A stretch of 64,000 bases of DNA, taken from assembly GCF_009914755.1 (NCBI RefSeq), contig NC_060929.1; one strand, 5' to 3'. Shown here piece after piece: positions 1 to 17,605 of the stretch. The position numbers and the translations under genes are program-made. This stretch comes from the human T2T-CHM13v2.0 reference genome, Homo sapiens. Within the stretch, counting starts at the first letter, position 1; every line of letters begins with the position of its first letter. The notes beneath the pieces were generated by a model. It saw only the letters and a list, made by a program, of their open reading frames with translations, did not search any database and was not told where the DNA came from.

Positions 1-358
1 GCTACAGCAAGTAGATGGCTTTCTTTCCTTAATAGATTGCTAGAAATGGCCTAGCCTACTCAAGTTTATTGGCTGCCATTGGCTACCTTATGGATGTTGT
101 TTATGTTTGATCCTCATTGTTTTGGTGTGTGACTAGGGCTTTGAGAATTAAATAAAAGCAGTGTTTTAATAGTTATTTGGAATAATTATTCAATAGTTAT
201 TCAAAAAAGTTATTCAAGTCTATAAAAGTTATTCAATCCATCATTATACAGGTGAGGAAAACAAAAAAGTATCAACAATATATAAATGAATATCTGGCAG
301 CTAGTTAAGTTAAAAGTTATTTTCTTATATTGAGCAGAAGTTAAAAGTTAAGTTCACT

Positions 359-666
359 GGCCAGCGTGGTGGCTCACACCTGTAATCCCAGCACTTTGGG
401 AGGCCAAGGCAGGTGGATCACCTCAGGTCAGGAGTTTGAGACCAGCCTGACCAACATGGTGAAACCCTATCTCTACTAAAAAATACAAAAATTAGCTGGG
501 CATGGTGGCGGGCACCTGTAATCTCAGTTACTTGGGAGGCTGAGGCAGAAGAATTGCTTGAACCCGGGAGGCAGAGGTCACAGTGAGCCGAGATCATGCC
601 ATTGCTCTGTTGCCTGGGCGACAGAGAGAGACTCCATCTCAAAAAAAAAAAACAAAAAAAAGAAAA
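359..666 (+). mobile_element. Alu SINE, full length (AluS-type)
   Basis: Starts GGCCAGCGTGGTGGCTCACACCTGTAATCCCAGCACTTTGGGAGG; dimeric with A-rich linker; A-tail 641-666. Confidence 0.95.
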
Positions 667-2511
667 GTAATTTTGTAATTATTTTACTTTTGCTCAAAGT
701 TAATAGTTTTGAAAACTATTACTGTGTATTTATATATGTTGCTAACTTTCATAATTATATAAGTAAATAAATTATATTGAAATTTGCAATAATCATGCAG
801 TTACAAAGTTGTTATATGCTAATAGCTTTTTAATTTTTTAAATATTACATTTAACTTGTAAAATTTAGTCATTCTGAAGTTTGCATTAAACAGAAAAGTT
901 TTATATTTTTTATTTTAATGTATAAAGCACAGATGTATCTATAACATATAAACAAGAGCACAACATATCTTGGGTATAAAAATGTCAAGGAAGGAATGAA
1001 CAATTACAATGTAAAGTTTCTAACAAGTTTCCTTGGGGGGAAATAATGGAAAAAAGTTTGAAGAGTTAATTTAAACAATTGCATTATTTCAAAGAAATTA
1101 AAAGAAAAAATAGTTTATTTATATGAATCTCTATATATTTACTATTTCTGATACCTTTGTGCATATAGCTTCCCCTGCTCTTACGAGTCAGGTAGTATTT
1201 TACTACTTTCTGTTTTCCAAATTTTGTTAAAATATTATGTTTAGTGGGATCTCCTCTATTTTCCTTGTCCTTCGGGTTTATAGCATTTTATTTCTTTTCT
1301 CTTGTATTGAAAGAGTAATGAAATAAGCCCACATGGCTAATTACAACGTTCAATAGAAATTCATTTAGCCTTTTAAATGGGAATAAATTTAATATCCTAA
1401 CTGTGTTCATTTAACCAGAAACTTTCCCTATCCCCTCTTCCATTTTAAACTTAAATATGCTTAAATTCTCTGGAATTTCTATTGTAAATAAAACCTTCCA
1501 ATTTGTTTTGATCACAGATCTAAATTATGTAATTTATGTTATTGTGAGGGATAAATTTGTACTCAGCCTGGAGCTGAACTTACTTCAGATACCACTGTAA
1601 TAAACAAAAGCTTGGTTTCTATGGTTTCTCCTATAACTAACATTTAGAGATTAACAGGTATTGTTACCACACTGGGCACTGGGGCGATATATGTCAGGGG
1701 AGGCAGGAAACAAAGAAAGCACCAGATAATTAGAGAAAAAAAACTGTGATGATTTCGTTATTCTCCAAGGACTAGATGGTTGAATAAATCTGTACTTGAA
1801 TAAAAATGCTTTTTCTGCTCTTCTCTCTGGAGTAATTTAAGAGAAAACCAATGAGGAACAACAATTACACAATAGGCTGGGTGTCTGGGCAATCTCAGGT
1901 CCCAGGGTACCAAGCAAAACTCTCAAGCTGGCTTGGACATGGTACCTTCATAGCCCTACTCCACAGTAAAGGATAAATTGAAATACCTTTTCTTGTCATC
2001 AGGTAATATGTTTAATTGGTCTTTTGTGCGATTGTATTGGCTTAATCTTTTCTAACTGGTTAAGTTGGAGGTGGGTGAGAAGCAGTTTATTTTAATAAGA
2101 ACTGTTCTGTTAGGCTTAGATGTATGAAAGATAGCAAAAATACATGTCATTGAAGGAAATTCACAGTTTATTTATGCAATCTACTTTTAAACCAAGTATA
2201 GTAATCAAATTTAGAAAAGCTGGCAACAGAAACCGTACTTTTATTTAATATAAGGTTTATTTTGTTAATATTTCAACAATGTTTCAATAATATTCTTTAT
2301 TTTCCTTCTCCAGTACAGGATCCAGCCCAAGATCATGTTCTATTTAGTTATCATATCTATCTCTTTAATATAGAGAGCAGTGCCTAAATTTTCATTGTCA
2401 TTCTAGATATTGACAATTTTGAACAATAAAAGCAAATTATGTTTAGAATATTCTTTACTTTGGGTTTGACAGTATCACATCTGGAAATAATGTCAACAAA
2501 TCTACTATAAT

Positions 2512-2691
2512 TTTCTTTAATTGACAAAAATTGTACATGTTTGTCTATATTTAAAGTGCACGACATGATGTTTTGATATATGTATACATTGTGCAATGGC
2601 TGAATCAAACTAATTAACATATCTATTACCTCACATACTTACCATTTTGTTTTTTGCGGTGAGAATACTAAATGTGCTGTCAGCAGTTTTC
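2512..2691 (-). mobile_element. L1MA-type LINE-1 3' end (host element, first piece; resumes at 4966)
   Basis: TTAATTGACAAAAATTGTAC...AACTAATTAACATATCTATTACCTCACATACTT matches L1MA 3'UTR. It breaks at AGCAGTTTTC (2682-2691) and continues colinearly after the same 10-mer at 4956-4965. Confidence 0.85.
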
Positions 2692-3545
2692 TTTTTTTCT
2701 CTTAAAATAGCTTTATTGAGATGTAATTCACTTGCCATGCAATGCACCCATTTAATGTGTACAATTTAATAGTCTTCAATATATTCACAGAGATGTGCAG
2801 CCAGCACCACAATTTAATTTTAGAACATTTTTATCACTCAAAAGAAACCCTGAACCCATTAGCAGCCACTCCCTATTTTTCCCTATCCCTCCTCCCCAGT
2901 CTTAGGCACTACCAATCTACTTTCTGTGTCTATAGTTTTCCTTATTCTTCACATTTCATATAATTGAAATAATATAATACGTCGTCTTTTGAGACTGATT
3001 CTTTGACTAAGTGCGTTTTCAAGGTTCATCCATGTTGACCATGTATTAGTATGTTCCTTTTTTTTTTATTGCTGAATAACACTCTGTTGCATGGGTATAC
3101 TACATTTTGTTTATCTATTTATCAGTTGATGGTCATTTGTGTTATTTCCTCTGTTTGGCTATTATGAATAATGCTGCTGGGAACATTTGTGTACATGTTT
3201 TGTGTGAATATATGTTTTCAATTCTACTGAATATATATCTAGGAGTGGAGTTGCTGGGTCATATGGTAGCTCTATCTTTAACATTTTAAGGAACTGTCAA
3301 ATTATTTTCTGTAGCGATTGCACCATTTTGCATTTCTACCAGCAAGGTATTAGGGTTCCAATTTCTTTGCATCCTTGCCAACACTTGTTATTTTCTTTTT
3401 TTTCTTCACATTTCCCTGGGAATTTACATTTACAGGAAATTTGCGTATCCTTGATGGCTAATCATGTTGAGCATTTTGTTTCATGTGCTTACTGGCCATT
3501 TGTATGTCTTCCTTTGAGAAATGTCTATTCAAATCCTTTAGCCAT
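2692..3545 (-). mobile_element. L1MB-type 3' end fragment, probably 3'-transduced by the adjacent L1PA
   Basis: AGCTTTATTGAGATGTAATTCAC...TTTTAGAACATTTTTATCAC is an L1MB-like 3'UTR. Minus-strand AATAAA at 2712-2717 and T-tract at 2692-2698. Lies inside the AGCAGTTTTC TSD. Confidence 0.75.
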
Positions 3546-4986
<1,441 letters not shown>

Positions 4987-7463
4987 TAACTATAGTCTCC
5001 ATGCTATACAGTAGATCTCCTGAACTTGTTCCTCCTGTCTAACTGAAATTTTATGTCTCATGAACAACATCTCCCCCATTCCTATCACCTCCCTCCTGCG
5101 GCCCCTGCTAACCACCATTCTAGTTGCTGCTTCTGCGGGTTCTACTTTTTTAGATTCCCCACATAAGTGAGATCACACAATGTTTGTCTTTCTTTGCATG
5201 TCTTATTTTATTTAGTGTAGTGTCCTCCAGGTTCATCCATGTTGCCTCAAAAGATGGGATTTCCTCATGTTTTAAGGCTAAATAGTATTCATTTTTGTAT
5301 ATACACCACATTTTCTTTATCCATTCATCTGTCGATGGACACTTAGGTTGATTCCATATCTTGGTTATTGTAAATAATGCCACAGTGAACATAAGAGTAC
5401 AGATATCTCTTTGACATACTAATTTTATTTCCTTTGGATGTATACTCAATAAAGAGAATGCTGGATCATATGGATTTCTATTTTTAATCCTTTGAAGAAC
5501 CTCCATACTGTTTTCTATAATGTCTGTACAAATTAATATTCCTACCAACAGTGTGTAAGAGTTTTCTTTCCTCCACATTCTCATCAAAACTTGTCATCTT
5601 TTATCTTTTTGGTAATAGTCAATTTAACAGGTGTGTGGTGATACCTCATGATGATTTTAATTTGTATTTCCCTAATGATTAGTGATGTTGGGCAGTTTTT
5701 CAAATTCCTGTTGGTCATTTGTATGTCTTCTTTTGAGAAATGTCTGTTCAGATCTTTTGCCCATTTTTTAATTGTTTTTTTTTCTAGCTATTGGATTGTT
5801 TGAGGTTTTTAATACATTTTGCATATAAACTCTTCATCAGACGTATGGTGTGAAAATACTTTCTCCTATTCCGTAGGTTGTCTGTTCACTCTATTGATTG
5901 TTATCTTGACTGTGCAGGAGATTTATAGTTGGATGTAATCTCATTTACCTATCTTTGCTTTTGTTGCCTGTGCTTTTGGGGTCACATCCAAAAAAATCAT
6001 TGCCCAGACCAGTGTCATGGAACTTACCCCATGATTTCTTCCGGTAGTTTTATAGTTTCAGAGTTTTCTTCCAATAGTTTCAAATCTTATGTGTCTTTGA
6101 TAACTTTTCAGTTGATTTTTGTATACAATGTGAGATAAGGGTCTAATTTATTTCTTTTTATGTGGATATCCATCTTTTCCAACACTACTTATTTAAGAGA
6201 CTGTCCTTCCCCATTGTGTGATCTTGGCATCTTTGTGAAAATCAATTGACCTCAAATATGTGGATTTATTTCTAGGTTCTCTATTTTGTCCTATTGGTCT
6301 ATGGGTTTGTTTTTATGCTTGTGCCATTCTGTTTGAAATACTATTACTTTGTAGTGTATTTTGAGGTCAGGTAGTGTGATGCCTCCAGCTTTGCTCTTTT
6401 GGCTAAAGATTACTTTGCTATTTGAGGCATTTTTGGTTCCTTACAAGTTTTAGGATTTGTTTTTCTGTTTTCTGTGAAGAATGCCATTATGATTTTAATA
6501 CAGATTGCATTGAATCTGTAGATCGATTTTGGTAGTATGGACATTTTAACAATATTAATTCTTCCAATTTATAACATGGGATATCTTTCCATTTACTTGT
6601 GTCTGCTTCCATTTTTTTCAGCATTAATATATAGTTTTCAGTATACAGCTCTTTTACCTCCTTGTTTAACTTCATTCCTTTATTTTTGTGGTAGCTTTTG
6701 TAAATGGGATTATTTTCTTGATTTCTTTTTTGGATATTTGTCATTGGTGTATGGAAATACTATGATATTTTAAATGTTGATTTCATATCCTGCCACTTTA
6801 CCAAATTTGTTTATTGGTTCTAATAATATTTTAAGTGCAGTCTTTAGGGTTTTCTACATATAAGATTGTGTTATCTGCAAGCAGAGACAGTTTACCTTCC
6901 TTTCCCATTTGGATATCTTATTTCTTTCTCTTGCTTAATTGCTCTGGCTAAGACTTCCAGTACTACACTGAATAGAAGAAGAAAGTGGGCATTTCTGTCT
7001 TATTCCTAATTGTTGAGAAAAAGCTTTCAATCTTTCACTGTTGAGTATGATTTTAGCTGTGGGTTTGTCACATATGGTCTTTACTGTGTTGAGGTACATT
7101 CTTTATATGCCTAATTCATTGACACTTTTTTATCATGAAAAGATGTTAAATTTTGACAAATGTTTTTTCTGCATCTATTGAGATGATAATATGGTTTTTG
7201 TTTTTCCTTATGTTAATGTACATTTATTGTACATTTATTAACTTCCATATGGTAAATCATCCTTGCATCCCATGGATAATTCCCACTTGATCATGGTGAA
7301 TGATTGTTTAAACATACTGTTGAATTCAGTTTGCAGGTATTTTATGGAAGGCTTTTGCACCTATGTTCCACAGGAATATTGACCTGTAGTTTTCTTTTCT
7401 TGTTGTGTCTTTGTCTGATTTTGCACTTAGGCTAATGCTTACATTGTAGAATGAGTCAGGGAG

Positions 7464-7603
<140 letters not shown>

Positions 7604-8338
7604 TCAACTCTTAATTTTATTGATCATGTTAATTTTTTTTCTATTTTCTATTTCATTTATTTCTCCTCTGATATTTGTTATTTTCTTTCTTCTGCTAAGT
7701 TTGAGTTTAGTTTTTCTTTTTCTTGTTTCTTGAGGTGGAGTTTGTTTATGTGTGATCCTTCTTTTTGTTTTAATGTAGGTGTTTATCTCTATAAACTTCA
7801 TTCAGAACTTTTTTTTTTTTTGCTGCATCCATAAGTTTCAGTAAGTTATGTTACCACTCTCATTGTGTCAATATATTTTTAGCTTTTCTTTTTGATTTCT
7901 TCTTTGACCTGTCAGTTGTTCAGAACTGTGTTTAATTTACACATATTTATAAATTTTCAAATTTTCCTCCTGTTATTGATTTCTAGTTTCATATTATTGT
8001 GATCAGAAAAGATGGTGCAATTTGATTTCAGTCTTTTTTGATGTGGTAAGACTTTTTTTTGTGGCCTAACATGTGATCTATTCTCAGTAACGTTCAGTGT
8101 GTGCTTTAGAAGACTGTGTATTTTGTTGCTGTTGGATGGAATGTTTTGTATATGCCTTTAAGGTCCATTTAATCTGTAGTGTTATTCAAATCTTCAGCTT
8201 CCTTATTGATTTTCTATCTGTATAATGTAGTTACTGTTAACAGTGGGGTATTAAAGTTCAATACTATTGTTTTATTGCAGTTTATTCTTTCAGTTCTGTT
8301 AATATTTGCTTGATATATTTTGGTGCTCAATGTTCTTT

Positions 8339-9386
8339 TGTTGTGGGAAGTCAGGGACCCCAAACAGAGGGACCAGCTGGAGCCGAGGCAGAAGAATATA
8401 AATTGTGAAGGTTTCATGGACTTTCATCAGTTCCCAAAATTAATACTTTTCTAATTTCTTATGTCTGTCTTTACCGCAATCGCTGAACATAAATTGTGAA
8501 GATTTCATGGACATTTATCACTTCCCTAATAATACTCTTATAATTTCTTATGTCTGTCTTTACTTTAATCTCATAATCACGTTATCTTTGTAAGCTGAGA
8601 ATGTACGTCATCTCAGGACCACTATTGTAAAAATTGATTGTAAAACATATATGTTTGAACAATATGAAATCAGTGCACCTTGAAAAGAACAGCATAACAG
8701 GGAAGATAACCATAAGGTCTGACTGACTGGGGGGTTGGGCAGAATAGAGCCATATTTTTCTTCTTGCAGAGAGCCTATAAACAGACGTGCAAGTAGGAGA
8801 GATATCAGTGAATTCTTTTCCCAGCAAGGAATATTAATAATTAATACCCTGGGGAAGGATTGCATTCCTGGGGGGAGGTCTATAATTGGCCACTCTGGGA
8901 GTGTCTGTCTTAAGTGGTTGAGATAAGGACTGAAAAAGCCCTGGTCTCCTGTAGCACCCTCAGGCTTACTAGGATTGGGAATTCCAGCCTGGTAAATTCT
9001 AGTCAGACTGGTTCTCTGCTCTTGAACTCTGTTTCTTGTTAAGATGTTTATCAAGACAATGTGTGCACAGCAGGACATAGACCCTCATCAGTAATTCTAA
9101 TTTTGCCTTTGCCTTTGTGATCTTTATTGCCCTTTGAAGCATATGATCCTTGTGACCTACTCTCTGTTCGTACACCCCCTCCCCTTTTAAAATCCCTAAT
9201 AAAAACGTGCTGGTTTTGCAGCTTGGGGTCGTCATCACAGTCCTACCAATATGTGATGTCACCCCGGAGGCCCAGCTGTAAAATTCCTCTCTTTGTATGC
9301 TTTCTCTTTATTTCTCAGACTGGCTGACACTTAGAGAAAATAGAAAAGAACCTACATTGAAATATTGGGGGCTGGTTCCCCTAATA
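8339..9386 (+). mobile_element. MER11 (HERVK11/ERVK) solo LTR
   Basis: TGTTGTGGGAAGTCAGGGACCCC start and GGGGGCTGGTTCCCCTAATA end; perfect 6-bp TSD TTCTTT (8333-8338, 9387-9392); AATAAA near 9198; internal ~90-bp direct repeat (ATAAATTGTGAAG...TTATGTCTGTCTTTA). Confidence 0.93.
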
Positions 9387-11614
9387 TTCTTTCCATATAT
9401 AGTTTCTATTGTTATATCTTTTTGATGGATTAACCACTTTATCATACAATAAATTCTATTTAGTCTCATCTAAGTATAGCCATTCCTGCTCTCTTTTGTT
9501 TACTATTTGCATGGAGTATCTTTTTCTATTCTTTCACTTTCAATCTATGTGCATCTTTAAAGCTAAAGTGACTCTCTTGTAGACAGCCTACAGTTGGATC
9601 TTGTTTTCTTAAAATACATTTATTTTTTATCCACTTAGCTACTCTTTTAATTGGAGAATTTAATCCATTTGTGTTTAATTATTGAAAGATAAGGATTTAC
9701 TTGTTTCATTTTTAAAATTGCTTCTTATTTTGTAGGGTTTTTTGTTTCATTCTTTCTCTTACTGTCTTACTTTGAGATATTTATGATTTTTTATGGTGAC
9801 ATGTTTCATTTCTTTTTAATGTACATACTATATGGCTTTGCTTTATGGTTACCATGAAGCTCACAGAATTCATCTTAACAGTTACAGTTAAAGTTACAGA
9901 ATTCATCTTACAGTTAAAACCAGTCCATTTTTAACTGATGACAGCTTAACTTTGTTCACATACAAAAACTACACTTTTGCTTCTTCCATTATCGTGTAAT
10001 CATAATACATGTAATATCTAAGCTAATATGCTGTTACAACCATCTAGTTTGTTTTTAATAGGTTATAGTTTTCATTTTGGGGTTTGTTTTATCTTTTTAA
10101 AAATAAATTCTGATCCTCTGGTAAAATTCTCCATTTTGACATTTATTTTTTTAAAGTACTAATTAGACTTATTTTAAAGTAAGTGGTGTGCCTATGATTC
10201 TGTTTCTAACATGTTATTCCCCTCTTGTTTGACATTTGGTTCTGTGTCCTGTCTTGCCTGGTAATTTTTTAAAAATGATAGACACTGTGTGTGAAAAAAT
10301 CACATGTTCCTAATTAATAATTTTCTTTAATATAAGAATTTCTTTAATATACTTTCTTTAATACAGTTTTTTTTTTCTGGCACAGTTAGAGTAGTGACAA
10401 ATAATACTGCTTTACTCAGTGATTGGGATAATTTGTGCTGAAGTTTAGTGTCTGTGGAGATGACTATATCTGTTTTTTCTGTCTTCTTCAGGTTTTACCT
10501 TTTAAGAATCTCAAAAGTTTGTTGTTCTTGTTAGGACTCCTAATTCATAGCTGTCTTTGTTGTATCCCTGTAACTATGAGATTTTCAAAAATTCTTCTTA
10601 GCTTTGTTATATATTGCTTTCTGCTTTGTTTCTTAACCCTTCAGGAATGAGGAAATATTTGAACATAAAAAGCTGAAACAAATACTGAGTTTACTTCTTT
10701 GTATGTTTCCCCCTCTGCGTATCCCTTGAGTTGTGGCCGTCTTAGTAGCCCTTACTCACTTCTGTTTCCTACTACACTACTCTGAGATAGTGGAAAGCTC
10801 TGATCTGCTGCTCTGTGCTAAATCTTTTGGCCTACTTCAATTATCAGTTAGTAAATCCCTTAAAAGAAAAGTGGCAGAGAATTTGTCTTAACCACATGGA
10901 TTTTTCTTTCTCTGGTTTCTTGATCAGTAAAGTATATTTTGCCTTGGATATTCTCTTTTTAATTTTAGCTTTTATGGTTGCTTTTGCTAGGAAGCTTGTT
11001 AGTACTAATAAGTATCCTGTCAGTCAGAATCAGAAGTCATACGAGGTTGTTTTTTAAAAAGCAGGTATGCATTGTTTCTGATTAGTAAAGTTATGTGTGT
11101 TTTCTTAGGCATTTGGAAATACAGAAAAGTAAAAAAAATTTTAAGTCATTCATGATCTTTTTTGCTTCATTACCCTCTCTTGATTAATTCCTGATTATTT
11201 TTCTGTTTTCAGTCTCAATTAACTTCCTCAGAGTCAAATCAACTCTCATATTAATTAGATGCTATTCATAGCACCTTATTTTTTGTTCTTTTTTCTCATA
11301 TTGTGTTGTCATGTTTCTTTTTGTGTTTATTTTATTAGCATTTATATCTCTCATTACATTATTAGTTTTACTGTGACAAGGACCATGTCTACTCTTTCTG
11401 TAAACCCAGTATCTATTACAGCCTTAAATACAGCAGATATTTTATATTTATAGAATCTGCTGCACTAGCATTATTTCTGCTTTGTATGCATATATTTTCA
11501 ATTAATATTCTATTATGTATATAATTTTCATGTGTATTACTGTATTTTCTGTATTTAAAAATTAATTTGACAACATATTATAAACATTTATTCATATAAA
11601 GTTTTGTTTCTAAT

Positions 11615-11750
11615 ATCAGCTCAGTCACCAATTATTTGATCTTGGAAATTTTAATTAACATTTTTAGCAGTCAGTTTTCTTATCTGTAAAATAGGGAAAT
11701 GATAACTGCTCTAACTACTCATTCTGGTCATTATCAAAAGTAAATGAGAC
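11615..11750 (+). mobile_element. MIR SINE fragment
   Basis: Core-like CAGTTTTCTTATCTGTAAAATAGGGAAATGATAA. Confidence 0.65.
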
Positions 11751-12812
11751 CACTGATCTTCATGGATCTTGTGGCACAAAAGATATGGGATATGAAATGG
11801 ATAAACAATAATGTCTTAAACTATTGTTACCATTGTTTCTTGATGGATATTCTACAAAAAGTGTAAATGGGCTATATGATGTAAAATCTATGTTCACTTT
11901 AGAACTCTAAGGAAGGCATAATTCTTTTTCACTATAGATGGAGAAGCTCTTCACATATAGAATATTTACAAGATGGCAAAGGGAAGACTGTCAGGAGCAA
12001 TTGTGTAACAAAACAAAATAAAGCTAAAACGAGATGCAGCTATTCTCATTACAGCAAAGTAGGCAATAAGATTTTTGTAGAGCACTTTGGAAGGAGGCAG
12101 ACACATTTGTAGATTTGTAATAAGCACTGAGTTGCTCCAATTTAGTGCATGAACAAAAAAATAATTGTAGTTATTAATAAGAGCTGAGAATAAAAAAGAC
12201 CTATCTAATCTTAGAAGATTTGAAAGAAGAACACTGAGACAAACAGCAAAATCCAAATGAGACCTGATCATTTGCTCTAGCCACGTTAAGTTATTGGCAG
12301 GTTATATGAGAACTCCATCTATCTCTATATTTACAGTTTATTTAGTTCTTTTATAAAAGTTTTTATTATTTTCTTTTGGTCATAATAAATATATGACAGC
12401 ATTAATAGTATCAAATATCGCTTAAATGATTTCCACAAATATTTCTGTTTCCATAGTAAATCTCTAATATTAAAATAAAAACCTTCAAAGTATTGCTATA
12501 TATGATACATAGATGAGTGAACTTTGCTTAACCATAGTCAAGGTTTTGGTAAGCCAGAATTTACAAAACAAATTATATAATATTACCTACAGAATTCTTT
12601 CCCACAGGGGTCATTCTTTCCAGGTGGATCTCACATTACTACTTTTGAAGGAGAAAAGTAGAAAACACTATGTAATTGCAATGTATCAATATCAATAACT
12701 TCCAGGTGAAGTAAATTCCTCGTAACAATGATAGAAATTCCACTTTCCAATAATGTTCATGGGAAAATCCTAGAATATTCCAGTGTGGGATACTTTGTTA
12801 TTCTACCCTTTC

Positions 12813-12851
12813 GTTTTTTTTTTTGTTTTTTGTTTTTTGTTTTTTTTTTTT
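12813..12851. repeat. T-rich simple repeat (T6-11G)
   Basis: GTTTTTTTTTTTGTTTTTTGTTTTTTGTTTTTTTTTTTT read directly. Confidence 0.85.
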
Positions 12852-13536
12852 GCTTGGAAGATGTTGCATAACTTAGGGAATGGAAATCATTTTGCCAGAT
12901 AATTTGGCAATAAATATATTTCCCACATGCTTGGTCTTGTAAATCCTATCTGGCAAAGTAGCCATTTAATCAATAGAGTAAGAAAACAGAGATTTAATCT
13001 AGAAAGTGATTGAATTAGCACTGAGTGTAGAAGCTGGACAAAAGTGGAAATATCATTGCTCTGTAGTTTCTCCAATTTTATAAATGATTACTAATGACTA
13101 ATGAACCAATTGCCTAGTTCCTCTGCACAGTTTGGGAAAACAGAAGAGCAGAAAACCCTCTGCCTTGAGATTGCTGTACTGTGGTGACTACAAGGGAATA
13201 CAATTAGTCATGTTCACTAGTAACTTGTTAAATCAGCTTTATAATCATGAGAAACTAAGAAAGTTATGAGGAGCCAATAATGCCAAGGTGATAAAATATG
13301 AAGGCACATTTGTAAATGTGAATTACTCAGAATACAAGGTAGATAATTTATTGTTGCCTGTTGCTATAATAATTCCTTACTAATGAGACTTTATTAATTT
13401 GTAGTTTGAGATGATTTGGAATCTTGGCTGAGATTTGTCCTTCTATTCACTGTGAAGATGAGATTTGGAAAGCAAGTTAGCAGCCAAAAATGAGGATAAT
13501 ATTTTTGAAAGTCCAAGTCCTACATTCTCATTCTTT

Positions 13537-16923
<3,387 letters not shown>

Positions 16924-17436
16924 TAATAAATGGCATTATTGCCTTCTTTTAACCCAGGCGAAGAGGAGAATATGGGGCAAGTCTATTCACACCAGAAGCG
17001 AAAGTAATAAAACCCTTAGACCACTGGAGAAAAGAGGAAGAGAAGAGACAAAGGGTTCAGGAAGTGATGGAGAAGAGGTGAGACATGACCAGTGTTGTGC
17101 TGACAAATGATTAACACTTGCAGCATTTGATAATTTTTATGGTGTAATATCTGACATCATGAATAATTTCAAGTTACCAGCCTGATGTCATTGAAAGTAG
17201 AATTAGAAAGATAAAATATACACAAATAACCTGAAGGGCATAGATATTAGTAAAACCTATTTTGTTAGTAAAAATTGGTAAAAATGTATTAAAATTATTA
17301 GAATATGGTGAATTAGAGTTTTTATTACTTTTGTTTTTAATATAATTAATTTAAATTGGGTTCATAAAATTTAATTTAAAATAACTTACGTGTTTAACAG
17401 CAGGCTAATAACATTCCTAAAAATCTAAAAGTCAAC

Positions 17437-17572
17437 TTCTTTGAATTTTTGTTGATACATAATGTTTGTACATACTTATGGGGTAAATGTAACATTTTGT
17501 TACATGCATAGAATGCATAATTATCAAGTCAGGGTATTTTGGGTATTCATCATCTGGCACATTTATAATTTC

Positions 17573-17605
<33 letters not shown>

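Noticed and set aside
418-770. Alu-derived ORFs (also 17462, 25972, 32687, 33633, 39105, 58862-59256)
   Set aside because: Typical translated-Alu peptides, not genes.
8395-8562. ~90-bp direct repeat as a novel array
   Set aside because: It lies inside the MER11 LTR, where this internal duplication is a normal family feature.
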